From a virus (Duplodnaviria; Caudoviricetes), in IMG/VR virus record IMGVR_UViG_3300032232_001415, positions 32,001-96,000 of that record: a stretch of 64,000 nt of DNA; one strand, 5' to 3'. Below are positions 37,727 to 48,200 of the stretch, in pieces (the stretch's first letter is position 1; every line of letters starts with the position of its first letter). The translations under genes were made by a program, and so were the position numbers. The notes under the pieces were generated by a model. The model was not told where the DNA came from and searched no databases. It worked only from the letters and a program-made list of their open reading frames with translations.

Positions 37727-38478
37727 AAATATTAATACATAAAGCAGATCAAAAACTGTATCTCCCTATCATCTCTGTTATTGCTGAAGACAAAAGTAAT
37801 ATTGTTATGACAGGATCATTACACGGCAACGCATTTGATACTTTTAATCAAGTTATGCCGGATATGGTCATATTACCGATATACGAATATACTCAAGAGC
37901 TACATGAACTTGTAAACGCTTTTAAAGATAAAAGTAGATTCGCACTATTTATGGGTGATATTAACAATGACAGCTTAATTGACTATTATAATAAAAATAA
38001 TATTATGATAATATCAAAAGAATCTAAGAAACAACTTAAATTGCCAAATCATATAACATATGACTATCTTTATGATTCCAATTTATTTTCCAATAAAAAT
38101 TTGCAAAGAAATGATAAGTTATTAGTTATTCTATCATCAAATAATGATACTAACCACAAAAAATTAGACAATTTACTTTATCCACACACAAAATCAAAAC
38201 TATGCTTAATCAATAATCCAGACTTTGAACATGCTCAGAATATTGGTCTAGCCAATGAACTAGACATATCTCATCTGATGAATACATACGGGTCATTAAT
38301 AGATATTGATAATAATTATATAGTTGAAGCAAAAGTTTGTGGTATCAAAAACATTGAATTAGAAGATTCTGTACCAATTGGCGAATCAAAAGAAAAGACT
38401 CTAGATATAGACGTTAATAAATGCGATACAAAATATTTTGTGCAAAATAAATTATTACCAATAATACAAGGGAAATAA
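37723..38478 (+). CDS. divergent GT-B-like protein
   Basis: PDMVI, HAQNIG and YIVEAKVCG; lies within the GT cluster. Confidence 0.4.
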   Translation: MKILIHKADQKLYLPIISVIAEDKSNIVMTGSLHGNAFDTFNQVMPDMVILPIYEYTQELHELVNAFKDKSRFALFMGDINNDSLIDYYNKNNIMIISKESKKQLKLPNHITYDYLYDSNLFSNKNLQRNDKLLVILSSNNDTNHKKLDNLLYPHTKSKLCLINNPDFEHAQNIGLANELDISHLMNTYGSLIDIDNNYIVEAKVCGIKNIELEDSVPIGESKEKTLDIDVNKCDTKYFVQNKLLPIIQGK

Positions 38479-38479
38479 A

Positions 38480-38944
38480 ATGGATATAGGATTTTATGCT
38501 ATAGATATGGATTATTCTGAAAAAAATAATGATATCGTTAAAGCAATGAATGATATTGTTGAAAATGATATTTATAGCAATGTTATATTATTCAATAATA
38601 CATACAATAGAGCAGATGGTAATAAGAAATTTCCTATCATAAATTTTAATCAAGCAAAATATTTTAAAGGAATATTAATTAGTTTTGACTTAAGAAGCGC
38701 TGCTATAACAAGAACTTTTCCTAGTCCGATAAAACAATTTTTTGTTGTTGATGAGTTGCCATGGATAAATAATACTAAAGCTCCAGTATCATTTTGGAAT
38801 AGCATATATAATAATCAATATATAGATCTGATAGTAAATAATCAAGAAAATTTTGATCTATTAGAAATATGTTGGAAAAAACCAGTTAAAGTCCTGGAAA
38901 AAATAGAAGCGAAAGGTATTTTAGATGTTATTAAAACATTATAA
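38480..38944 (+). CDS. hypothetical protein (GT-like single domain)
   Basis: 154-aa ORF in the GT cluster. Confidence 0.45.
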   Translation: MDIGFYAIDMDYSEKNNDIVKAMNDIVENDIYSNVILFNNTYNRADGNKKFPIINFNQAKYFKGILISFDLRSAAITRTFPSPIKQFFVVDELPWINNTKAPVSFWNSIYNNQYIDLIVNNQENFDLLEICWKKPVKVLEKIEAKGILDVIKTL

Positions 38945-39719
38945 AGATTTGTCTGATACTGAAAAAAAGAACATACTGAATGATAAGTATGTTGCAAAAA
39001 AAATGAGTTTTGCAGATATAGCGTCGGAGTATAAAACATATGCTAATAAAATCAGAAGAGATGCTGTGAAATTTGGAATAAAAATTAGAGATAAAAGTGA
39101 AGCTCAATCAAATGCTTTAAAAAGCGGCAAGCATTGTCATCCAACAAAAGGTAAACAGCGAACCGATGATGTTAAAGAAAAAATTGGTATATCTGTTATG
39201 AAAAACTGGGAAGATTTAACAGACGCTGAGCTTGATCAAAGAAAAAAGAAAAGTAAGTTAGCATGGGAAAATTTAAGCGATGAACAAAAAGAAAATATCA
39301 CATCAGCAGCAAATAAGGCTGTTAGAGTAAGTAGTAAAGTAGGATCAAAACTAGAAAAGTTCATATTGAAAAAACTGCTACAAGATGGATTTGTGGTAGA
39401 GTTTCACAAAGAGCAGATTCTATCAAATACAAAGTTGCAAATTGATCTGTTTCTGCCTACAATGAATGTGGCGATTGAGATTGATGGACCATCACACTTT
39501 CTTCCGGTTTGGGGAGATGATGCTCTAAAGAGAAATCAAAAATATGATCAGAAAAAAACAGGACTGTTACTAGGCAAAGGACTATCCTTAATAAGAGTAA
39601 AACAACAACACGATTATTCGAATGCTAGGGCATTATTAGTTTATAATAAACTAAAAATAGCAATAGATATAATTAAGGACAACACAAATACAACAATCGA
39701 AATAGAGGATTCATTATGA
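38925..39719 (+). CDS. Vsr/DUF559 (EDxHD-type) endonuclease with N-terminal DNA-binding region, putative homing endonuclease
   Basis: HTH-like N-terminus, NUMOD-like HPTKGKQRTDDVKEKI, IDLFLP and EIDGPSHF. Confidence 0.7.
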   Translation: MLLKHYKDLSDTEKKNILNDKYVAKKMSFADIASEYKTYANKIRRDAVKFGIKIRDKSEAQSNALKSGKHCHPTKGKQRTDDVKEKIGISVMKNWEDLTDAELDQRKKKSKLAWENLSDEQKENITSAANKAVRVSSKVGSKLEKFILKKLLQDGFVVEFHKEQILSNTKLQIDLFLPTMNVAIEIDGPSHFLPVWGDDALKRNQKYDQKKTGLLLGKGLSLIRVKQQHDYSNARALLVYNKLKIAIDIIKDNTNTTIEIEDSL

Positions 39720-40429
39720 GTAAGGAAAAAGAAATAAAAGTGGTCAAAGAAGAAAAAAGTAAAATCCCATCAATAAATGATCTTGAATGGACAGATCATG
39801 TGCTAGAATTGCTATCTGATGATGAAAAAATTAATGGTAATCCTACAACAGATGGTTTAAGGAGAGTATTCGAAATAGCATTAAATTGCACAGTTATTGG
39901 CTCAGAATCTAGCGTGATTCAATCTCCATCTCCTGACAACGAAAAAAGAGCCACGGTAGTTCATTGTATATCCTTTGTTATAAATAATGAGTCTCAGGAC
40001 GATGCAATTAAATACAGGTCTGTCAGCGGCGCTGCGGACGTTTATTGGGGAAATTGTGACAAGATATATAGAAACCACCCAGTGGCCGTGGCAGAAACAA
40101 GAGCAGAAGGAAGAGCACTCAGGAGAGCACTAAAGTTAAGAAAAGTGGTTGCTGCTGAAGAATTGGCCAAAGAAATAGAAGATGATCCAGATAGGGGAAA
40201 TGTATCAAAAATTAGCAGTAATCAGATCAATTTTATTGATGTGATGTCTAAAAGACTAAATATAAGCGTGGTTGAATTAATGAATTCTCTTGCTATTGTG
40301 AACGACAACATTCATAATATATCTCACGATGACGCTGTGACAGTTATTAAAGAGCTATCACAGCATCAGCAAAAAACCACAGAAATTCCCCAAGATCTCA
40401 TTGGGTATCAACCAACATGGAAAGAGTAG
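39716..40429 (+). CDS. Rad52/Sak-like ssDNA annealing protein
   Basis: PTTDGLRR, SGAADV, AVAETRAEGRALRRALKL..AAEE and a C-terminal SSNQINFI domain. Confidence 0.6.
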   Translation: MSKEKEIKVVKEEKSKIPSINDLEWTDHVLELLSDDEKINGNPTTDGLRRVFEIALNCTVIGSESSVIQSPSPDNEKRATVVHCISFVINNESQDDAIKYRSVSGAADVYWGNCDKIYRNHPVAVAETRAEGRALRRALKLRKVVAAEELAKEIEDDPDRGNVSKISSNQINFIDVMSKRLNISVVELMNSLAIVNDNIHNISHDDAVTVIKELSQHQQKTTEIPQDLIGYQPTWKE

Positions 40430-40435
40430 GATAAC

Positions 40436-40762
40436 ATGAAACTCAGATACAAACCAAACAACAAGCTAGAATTCGAATTAGAGGGTGCTGGACAAAAAGA
40501 AATTTTCAAAGAATTAGCTGCTGTTCAAGAAATCTTCGGAGAAGAAAAGTGTGGCATTTGTAGCAGCACAAATATAAAATTCGTAGTAAGAAATGTTGAT
40601 GGAAATGATTTTTATGAGATGAGATGCATGGATTGTGGCGCAATATTGGCTTTTGGACAACATAAGAAGGGTGGTACTCTTTTCCCCAAAAGAAAAGATG
40701 ACAATAACAATTGGTTACCACATAATGGTTGGCATAAATGGCAAAAAACAAACGAAGCGTAA
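40436..40762 (+). CDS. zinc-ribbon hypothetical phage protein
   Basis: CGIC..CMDC and LFPKRKD..GWHKW; AGGA Shine-Dalgarno. Confidence 0.65.
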   Translation: MKLRYKPNNKLEFELEGAGQKEIFKELAAVQEIFGEEKCGICSSTNIKFVVRNVDGNDFYEMRCMDCGAILAFGQHKKGGTLFPKRKDDNNNWLPHNGWHKWQKTNEA

Positions 40763-41748
40763 AAAACAAAACAAGACAACAATTATCTGAAAAGCTAAAT
40801 ACTACAGTTCTTTACTTATATGATACTGGCGTTATCCATAGCACCATTGTTCATTCTGTAATACTTTTATTATTAGCTATTTCTTTTCCTTTGTTAACAA
40901 ATAATAGGCCCTCGCCTATTGTTATAAGTTTTGCGTCCTTTGATGAAGAAACTATAAATTTTGAGACTATTCAGCCAATAGAAATCAAAATCCCCAAAGA
41001 GCCCAGCAATGATCAGCAAGAAACAGAATCAGAATCTTTTGTTGAAGATAAGCCAAATGATATTATACCAGTATCGATAGATGATGTTGTTGTAGAAGAA
41101 GATGTACAAAATGACTTAATTGAAGATTTATCAGTAGAAGATCTTAGTGAACAATTTGTAGCAGATATTTCGGATACAGAAGCTTCTGAGAAACCTTCTG
41201 TTACGAAAGAAAAAAAGATAGCAAGATCTGAGAAAAAAACATCATCTAATAAAAAAGGGAATCAGCCTGTTTTTGGCGATGGTAACTTGAATGCTAATAA
41301 TGATCAGGGCATAGGTATGATGAAACAGAGGCTGGCCGCATACGGAGCAAAAACCGGAGATGTCCAAATATCTTTATCGTGGGATACTATCGATGATATC
41401 GATCTTCATGTTGAAGTATATCCAATAGCATCTAGAATAAATTGGACCAGAAGATTCGGAAGATGCGGAGGAATGTTGGATATAGACATGAATGCTCATC
41501 CCTCTAGATTAAGTAATGTTCCTGTAGAAAACATTTTTTGGGAAAAAGGATTAGCCCCTTATGGAGAATATGTTATAGGAGTACACAATTATATGAATTG
41601 GTCAAGAAACGGAGCAACAAAAGTTAATCTCTTAATAACTATCGATGGAAAAAGTAAAATGATTCCATTAATAGTAAGATTTGGTGATCCTGTAACAAAA
41701 GTTACTAGTTTTATAAGAGAAAATCCAGCCTCTACGGCTAGTCGATAA
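40738..41748 (+). CDS. membrane-anchored protein with acidic linker and YfaP/DUF2135-like C-terminal domain
   Basis: TM segment STIVHSVILLLLAISF, an acidic linker, GDVQISLSWDTIDDIDLHV, GGMLDIDMN, VENIFW and GEY..VHNY. Confidence 0.7.
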   Translation: MAKNKRSVKNKTRQQLSEKLNTTVLYLYDTGVIHSTIVHSVILLLLAISFPLLTNNRPSPIVISFASFDEETINFETIQPIEIKIPKEPSNDQQETESESFVEDKPNDIIPVSIDDVVVEEDVQNDLIEDLSVEDLSEQFVADISDTEASEKPSVTKEKKIARSEKKTSSNKKGNQPVFGDGNLNANNDQGIGMMKQRLAAYGAKTGDVQISLSWDTIDDIDLHVEVYPIASRINWTRRFGRCGGMLDIDMNAHPSRLSNVPVENIFWEKGLAPYGEYVIGVHNYMNWSRNGATKVNLLITIDGKSKMIPLIVRFGDPVTKVTSFIRENPASTASR

Positions 41749-42244
41749 TACTTAATATCGGCCCCCACTTATTTGCTGGACAAGATTGATCCTTATGAGC
41801 CAGTTTATTCATATGATTAACTTCTCTAACTATTCTACATCCGCATAATAAACAACTATTATCTTGATAATGTTCACAAGATTCACAAATTGTTAATCTA
41901 GCTGATATTTCTTCTTGAGAACACATATTCTTTTCACTATTATCTATTATAGTTTCATTCTTCTCTTCAGCAATCTCTTTGGATCTTTCTATCACTCTTT
42001 CAAGAACAAGATTTTGCATATTGCTTGGATCATCCACCATCGTTATTCTGTGTTCTTTATAGTTTGGATCGGTAGCTTTTCTTATGGATAGTGAAAAATC
42101 TTGCATTTTTTTAAAACAAATCATTTTAGTATCAGCACTATCTAAACCTATTTTTATATTACAATAATTACATTGGTATACTTTCTTATTATTAAAATAA
42201 GTGTTAGTGTCTATTAAATCACAATGTGGATTCATATCATTCAT
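41738..42244 (-). CDS. Cys-rich hypothetical protein
   Basis: RLTICESC..CLLCGC..SCPANKW C-terminal domain and an N-terminal CNYC. Confidence 0.65.
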   Translation of the reverse strand: MNDMNPHCDLIDTNTYFNNKKVYQCNYCNIKIGLDSADTKMICFKKMQDFSLSIRKATDPNYKEHRITMVDDPSNMQNLVLERVIERSKEIAEEKNETIIDNSEKNMCSQEEISARLTICESCEHYQDNSCLLCGCRIVREVNHMNKLAHKDQSCPANKWGPILSIID

Positions 42245-45200
42245 CTAAAAATCCTCCGATAAATGGCGTTGTGATGTTTTACAACAAAAATCTTGAGTAT
42301 CACAAGTATCAACTGTAGTATCATAGCATGATGGACTATTGCTGCAATCTGGTGTCTTATATTTTTCTGTAATATTGTGTTTAGAATTAGGGGCCGAAGG
42401 TAGAGCTTCATTACATTTTTTATAATTTGATCCTATTAATATATCATAAATATTTTTTGGTCTTTTATATTTATATTCATAATATGCAACATGTACCCCT
42501 ATTGTTGCTGAAGTTGATTCGCCACCCTCATATCCTGCTCTCCAAGCAGTGGCTGGAAATGAAATAACTTTGAATTTTAAACGGCAACTACCAGGAACTA
42601 CTCCTTCTACTAGATCATTAATATTAATACCCTCAGATGATTTTCTACATATTGCAATATCATTAAATGCTTGTTTCATTAATGATTTCCAATATGCTAC
42701 TTTCGCCCCCTTTACGGCACCATTATCGCTACCAAACTCAAGCCTTATCTGACTACCAATATTAAACAATCCGCCAGCTCCTCTTCCTCTGGTACATGGC
42801 ACAAACTGCATACCAGGAGATCCTGCTAAATCACAGGCAATTCCATAATTCCATACGAATGCGCTATTTCCTGTTTTTCCACACATTCCGACAGCGCCTG
42901 CTCCGTCATAACAAGCATCACCCCAACAAAAAGTAGGCTCAGGAACACTACATATTCCTTTTCCTAAGTGCGCCGTCCCCCCTGCACAAAATGCATCTTT
43001 GTTTAAATCTCCTTCGATAGCAAATGTTCCTAATATCGCTATTTTATTTTCTATTATTGTTTCCCATTTTGGATTTTGTGGAGTCATATTAATTTTTTCA
43101 TTAATAACATCACAGGTGGTACATTCGCTATTTATAGAATCATTAACAGTAAACGTATTATCTGGTACTTCAATAGTGATTTCTGGACAATCGTTTTTTA
43201 TTAAGATATCAAAACAACCGAGTACAGACCCCATACTTAAATTAACAGAAAAATTATCATAAGATATACTACATAATGAAGTTGGACACAATGGTGCGTA
43301 TGGATTTGTTGTTGTTGTTTTTTCAATATATATATCATAGCTTGATGGTGGTGGAAAAATACACTCAGTCCAACCCCAATGCTCTGTTGCGGTTCCATCT
43401 GCTTTGAATTCATATGGAACAAAGCCATTACAATTGCCAATGTCACTTGTTTTACCACTATGTTTGGCCGGCTCTCCATGTTTCATTCGATATATATGGC
43501 CATTTAGATTAAATTTATAATTACAGTCCTCAAATTGATAAGTAAAAATTTTAGGATATCCTTCTGCCCATTGTGGACAAGAACATCTATTTGGCACAAT
43601 CTGACAATATTTTATTTCTGGAAGATTAGAACATTCACAAGGGGTTCCTGCATTTCTATAACCAGCTAATACTGGATCATGAACTTGTTGACCTAAATTA
43701 TTACTATAACTTAATGGATAACAATTTCCTTCACACGGAGCCGGAGCTGCCGAACAATTAGTTCCTCCGCAAAGAGGTTGAACTAATGTACCACCACACA
43801 TATCAAAAAAGTTTCCAACTCTAAATGCTGGACTCAAATCTATATAACCATTTGCCGCTACGCACGTTGCATAAATACTACAGCTAGTACTTCCTCTGCT
43901 AGCTCCACCGGCGGAAACTTCCGCACTTTGTTCATTTATAATGCTACAAGGAGCCTGGGTCGTATATACATCTCCAATAGCATGCTTATCACAGAATAGG
44001 AATCCCATATAGGTATATGATACTAAATTACCAGCAAATGATTGGCAATTACCTGGATCAGTACGACATTGTTCACACTTAGCATATTCTGCTAGAATAT
44101 CATAACCAAAAACAGTAGCTTTCGAAATATAGCCGAATGGATTCCAATCCTTTCTGGGTATATTGTCTCCACATGTTCCTATTAATTGATAAGATATATT
44201 GTCACCAAACGGAGATGGGGCTCCCGGCTTTTGAATTGCCACTAGCCTTTCTTCTATTGTTTTTTCATGATGAATAATAGTTTCATATGTTTTACCACCA
44301 CCAGCTGCTACTATTTTAACTTTTCCTTCGACATTTTTTACTTCAAAATTTATAGTTAGATCACCTATTGTAACTTTTACTTTTGATCCAAGCTTTAATA
44401 CTCCAGCTATGTCTATATTTCCAGATATTTTTCTTCTTGAACTATCACTATTAGATGAATAATCATATGGTATCAAGTCATAAATTTTATCTGGAGTTGT
44501 TCTAATGTCAGCATACTGTAATAAATATCCTACTGATCTATTTTTATTAGTTAATAAATCTACTATTGTTTTCTTTTTAATATTATCATATGATATTTTT
44601 TGTTTTTCACCATATAATACTCTAAATAACATTTCATTAGCTAATATATCAGTATTAGATACTAAAGTACTTTTATCATTATCTACATTACTATTCAATT
44701 CATTCTGATAGTTTTTGTCCATATATGTAAATGGTCTGTCTGGCTTATTTTTGGTCTGAGATGAACAATAATTTGGATTATCTCCATTTTTATCATTTAA
44801 TATAGAATATGGTGGTATTTCAAATCTTTGTATATAAGGTATACTCTGATATCCTATACCGTTAAAAAGTCCTTCATCAAAAGAAAGATAATATTCAACA
44901 GAATCATTTGTTAAATCGCTACCCTTGATATATTTATAATCATAGTTTTGATAGCTAGCACTTAGTCTTGTATATCCTGCTGTTTTCATAGAACAAGTTA
45001 ATTGATCACATGGGCCTAATTTATCAGAATCACAATATATTGGCAAATCAAGAAATGGTTTACCATCAATACCAGTTACAGGATTGGTTAAACTTCCTAT
45101 ATTAAAATAAGGACCAATATTTTCACTAGCAACAGATAAATTTGGTCTATAATATGTTGTGCAATCTGTGCTGTTTGATTCGGTATCTTTTCTAGTATAT

Positions 45201-48200
45201 TTTGACAAAACATAGTACGGCTGATCAACCCTTAACGTATCATGGTAAAACGTCTTATCAAAAATTAAAGGTTTTAATAAAGCATTTTTATCTATATTAA
45301 TAAAAAATCCAGACGTTTTTATAGGGTCTGCTGGAAGACTTGATCGTGGCATTTTTTCTCTAATTCCACTAAAATAAATATTACCAGTAGATAATAAGTG
45401 GTTATCAAAATTAGTTTTTAAATTAGATATCAAGTCAGAAGCTTGTGAATTATATCTGATTCCACTCAAATTCATAAAATTAATATCTAAAAATGGCAAA
45501 TAGTTGTTAACATCTTGCTGAGATGATGATAAGTATATAGGATCAACATTGCTTATATCTTGTCCTATATTATATTTTTGATGTATCGTAAAGTAGGTTT
45601 CGCCATGATATGATATATTTATTTTTGTTGATTGTTTTTGGGGGTCGCTAGTTGTTAAAATAAAATTTATTAATCCAGTATTAGTATCATTAATTACAAG
45701 ATTATTATACATATTCTGGTATGGTACTTTAGGATATGAATAATTAATTTTATCATATAAAAATCTAGAATTTAAAATATCTGTATATTGATTTTTATTA
45801 TCAAATCTTGCCAGATCTCCCCATTTAGTAGAATACAATATTTGAGCTAAATAACTATCATACTCTGATCTTAAAGAATTTCCCATGTTGTCATATATAA
45901 CAAATGATTCTACTCCAATAGGATTCTGACTTTTAATCATTGAAAAATCAATCACGCCCTCAGCTAAAGGAATTTCACAACTAGAACAAAGATCTAACTC
46001 AAAAACAGTAAAAATTTTGCGATATTGTTTTTGTTTATTGCTATCAAATATGGTTATTTTTTTACCACCTTCGTCAACCAGCTGTGAATATAAAGATTTT
46101 GATTTAATTTTAGCATCATATTGTATAGTAGAATCATTTAGATCAATTAATTTAACTGATGTTAATATACATTTTAAATCAGTATTAGCAATATAACCAT
46201 CTTTATTTGTTTTTAAATAGTCTATACTAGATTCATAAAAATTATTATCATAATAGTTTCTTGGGGGCAGAGAAACATATGATTCTTTTGTCATTTTGTC
46301 TCCAATACCCTTATATTTCCATCTTTTATTATTGTCGTCTACTATTATAGTATTTTCAATTATTTTCTCCAAATCTTCTTCCGATATATTCTCTATACTG
46401 TTTATTGCTATGGCAGAATCAGCCTCCTTAACCATAAAATATGCTCTTGATCCATCAACTATAATTTTGGTTGTTGAGTCTTTATCTATGTAAAATTTAT
46501 TTGTGGAAATAGGATATAGTCTAGGACCATATGTATAAATATCATCATAATGAGGAACTGAAATGGATCCCGTAGCTCCAACATTCGGCATGTTATACAT
46601 ATATGACAGTTGAACATTTTTCTTTGCTTGGGCCGGTATTAGTGGTCCATAGGTATAGTCTAAATCATTAGTATAATTGAATAATAGAGGATATCCTGGA
46701 TAAGTTTCGTCTTTATCTGGATTATAAAAACCAAAAATATTTGAATTTAAATATTCATACCAATTATTTTTTACTTTTAAATAAAGTCTAATTTTTTTAT
46801 GATTATCTAATTGATTTAGCACTTTTATAAAATTTTTGACTCCATCATTCAAATCTCCTTTAAACATTATTCCACTATCACTATATATAACTGAATCTAA
46901 AAATAGTTTTCTTTCATAGTCAAAATCAAAAGTACAAGTATCTTTATTAAATAACAGAGATGTTTTATCTTTAAAATTACTAGCTGATACTATGCCACTA
47001 TTTGGGTGAAAAAAGGACTTAGTTAAAGTTCCCATGGACTTGATCTTTGGATCCATATTAAAAGCTAATATATGTTTTCTGGGAATTTGTTTGATTGTGA
47101 TACCAACATTTATTAATCTAGGATCTAAGTTATTATATGAAACATCAGTAGTACAATTCAATGGAGTATATAAAATATTTGTCTCAGATGGTTCTTCTCC
47201 GTTATTAAGAGCAGCTTCTAAAAAAGGATTTAATAATTCTATATTAATTTTGGGTTCAAATTTATTTGATTTATCGAATAGTGTTTTTTGCTGTCTATTC
47301 CATAGTACTAAATTGTTGATTGTTGTTTTAGTTGTAAATCTTCTAAAATTTGGATTATTTCTTGTTGTAAGCTCTTCATCATCCCAAACAATTATACTAG
47401 GATTTAATAAATTAGATCCATCTGATACGCTAACCCAAATATCAGAATGGTTAGTATTCAAATTTGGTAGTGTTAAATTCCATAATGTTTTAACATAATT
47501 TGGCAAAGAAAAAGATACATTTTTTGTACACTCATAAGGATTCAGAGGATCTATTTTTTTATCAACTGTGGGAATATTTGAACCAACTGCTGGATGATTA
47601 GGTATTCTAGTATCACCTATTAATTCAGTAACATAGGATAGCGGATATCCTCCATAAGATTTTAAACTTGGACTATTTAAGGTAGATATATTTGGAGTAT
47701 ATAAAATATTACTAGCGTTTGTATATATTAGTTTTCCATCACAATTATATGGATGAGAAGTAATCCTACTTAATGGAAAACATTTACAAGGCTGATCTGT
47801 TGGAAAAGTGGGACATCTAGCATTTCCAGAAGTAGAATCTCTTAATTTATTTAATGAAAATTCGTATAGTTTTATACCAACATTTTTTGTTGTAAATTTA
47901 ATTTCACAAATACCATCAGAAAAGGTTGTGCCTTGAACGAAAACAACATTACCGGAACCAAAAATATTGCTATCATAATATACTCCACCATCTCTATGAA
48001 AACCCAAACGATCAATATTAGTACTATATGCTATTGCTGGATAAGACCTTGTTAAATTAAAAGCTTTTTCATTATTAAATACTGACACTTTTCTTTGATT
48101 CGGAGTATTCCATAAACTTTTATTATTGTTGACTGTAAAAGCTGACTGAGCATCACAAAGATAGTTTTCATCGCACAGTTTATACTTGCCACCAACAGCA

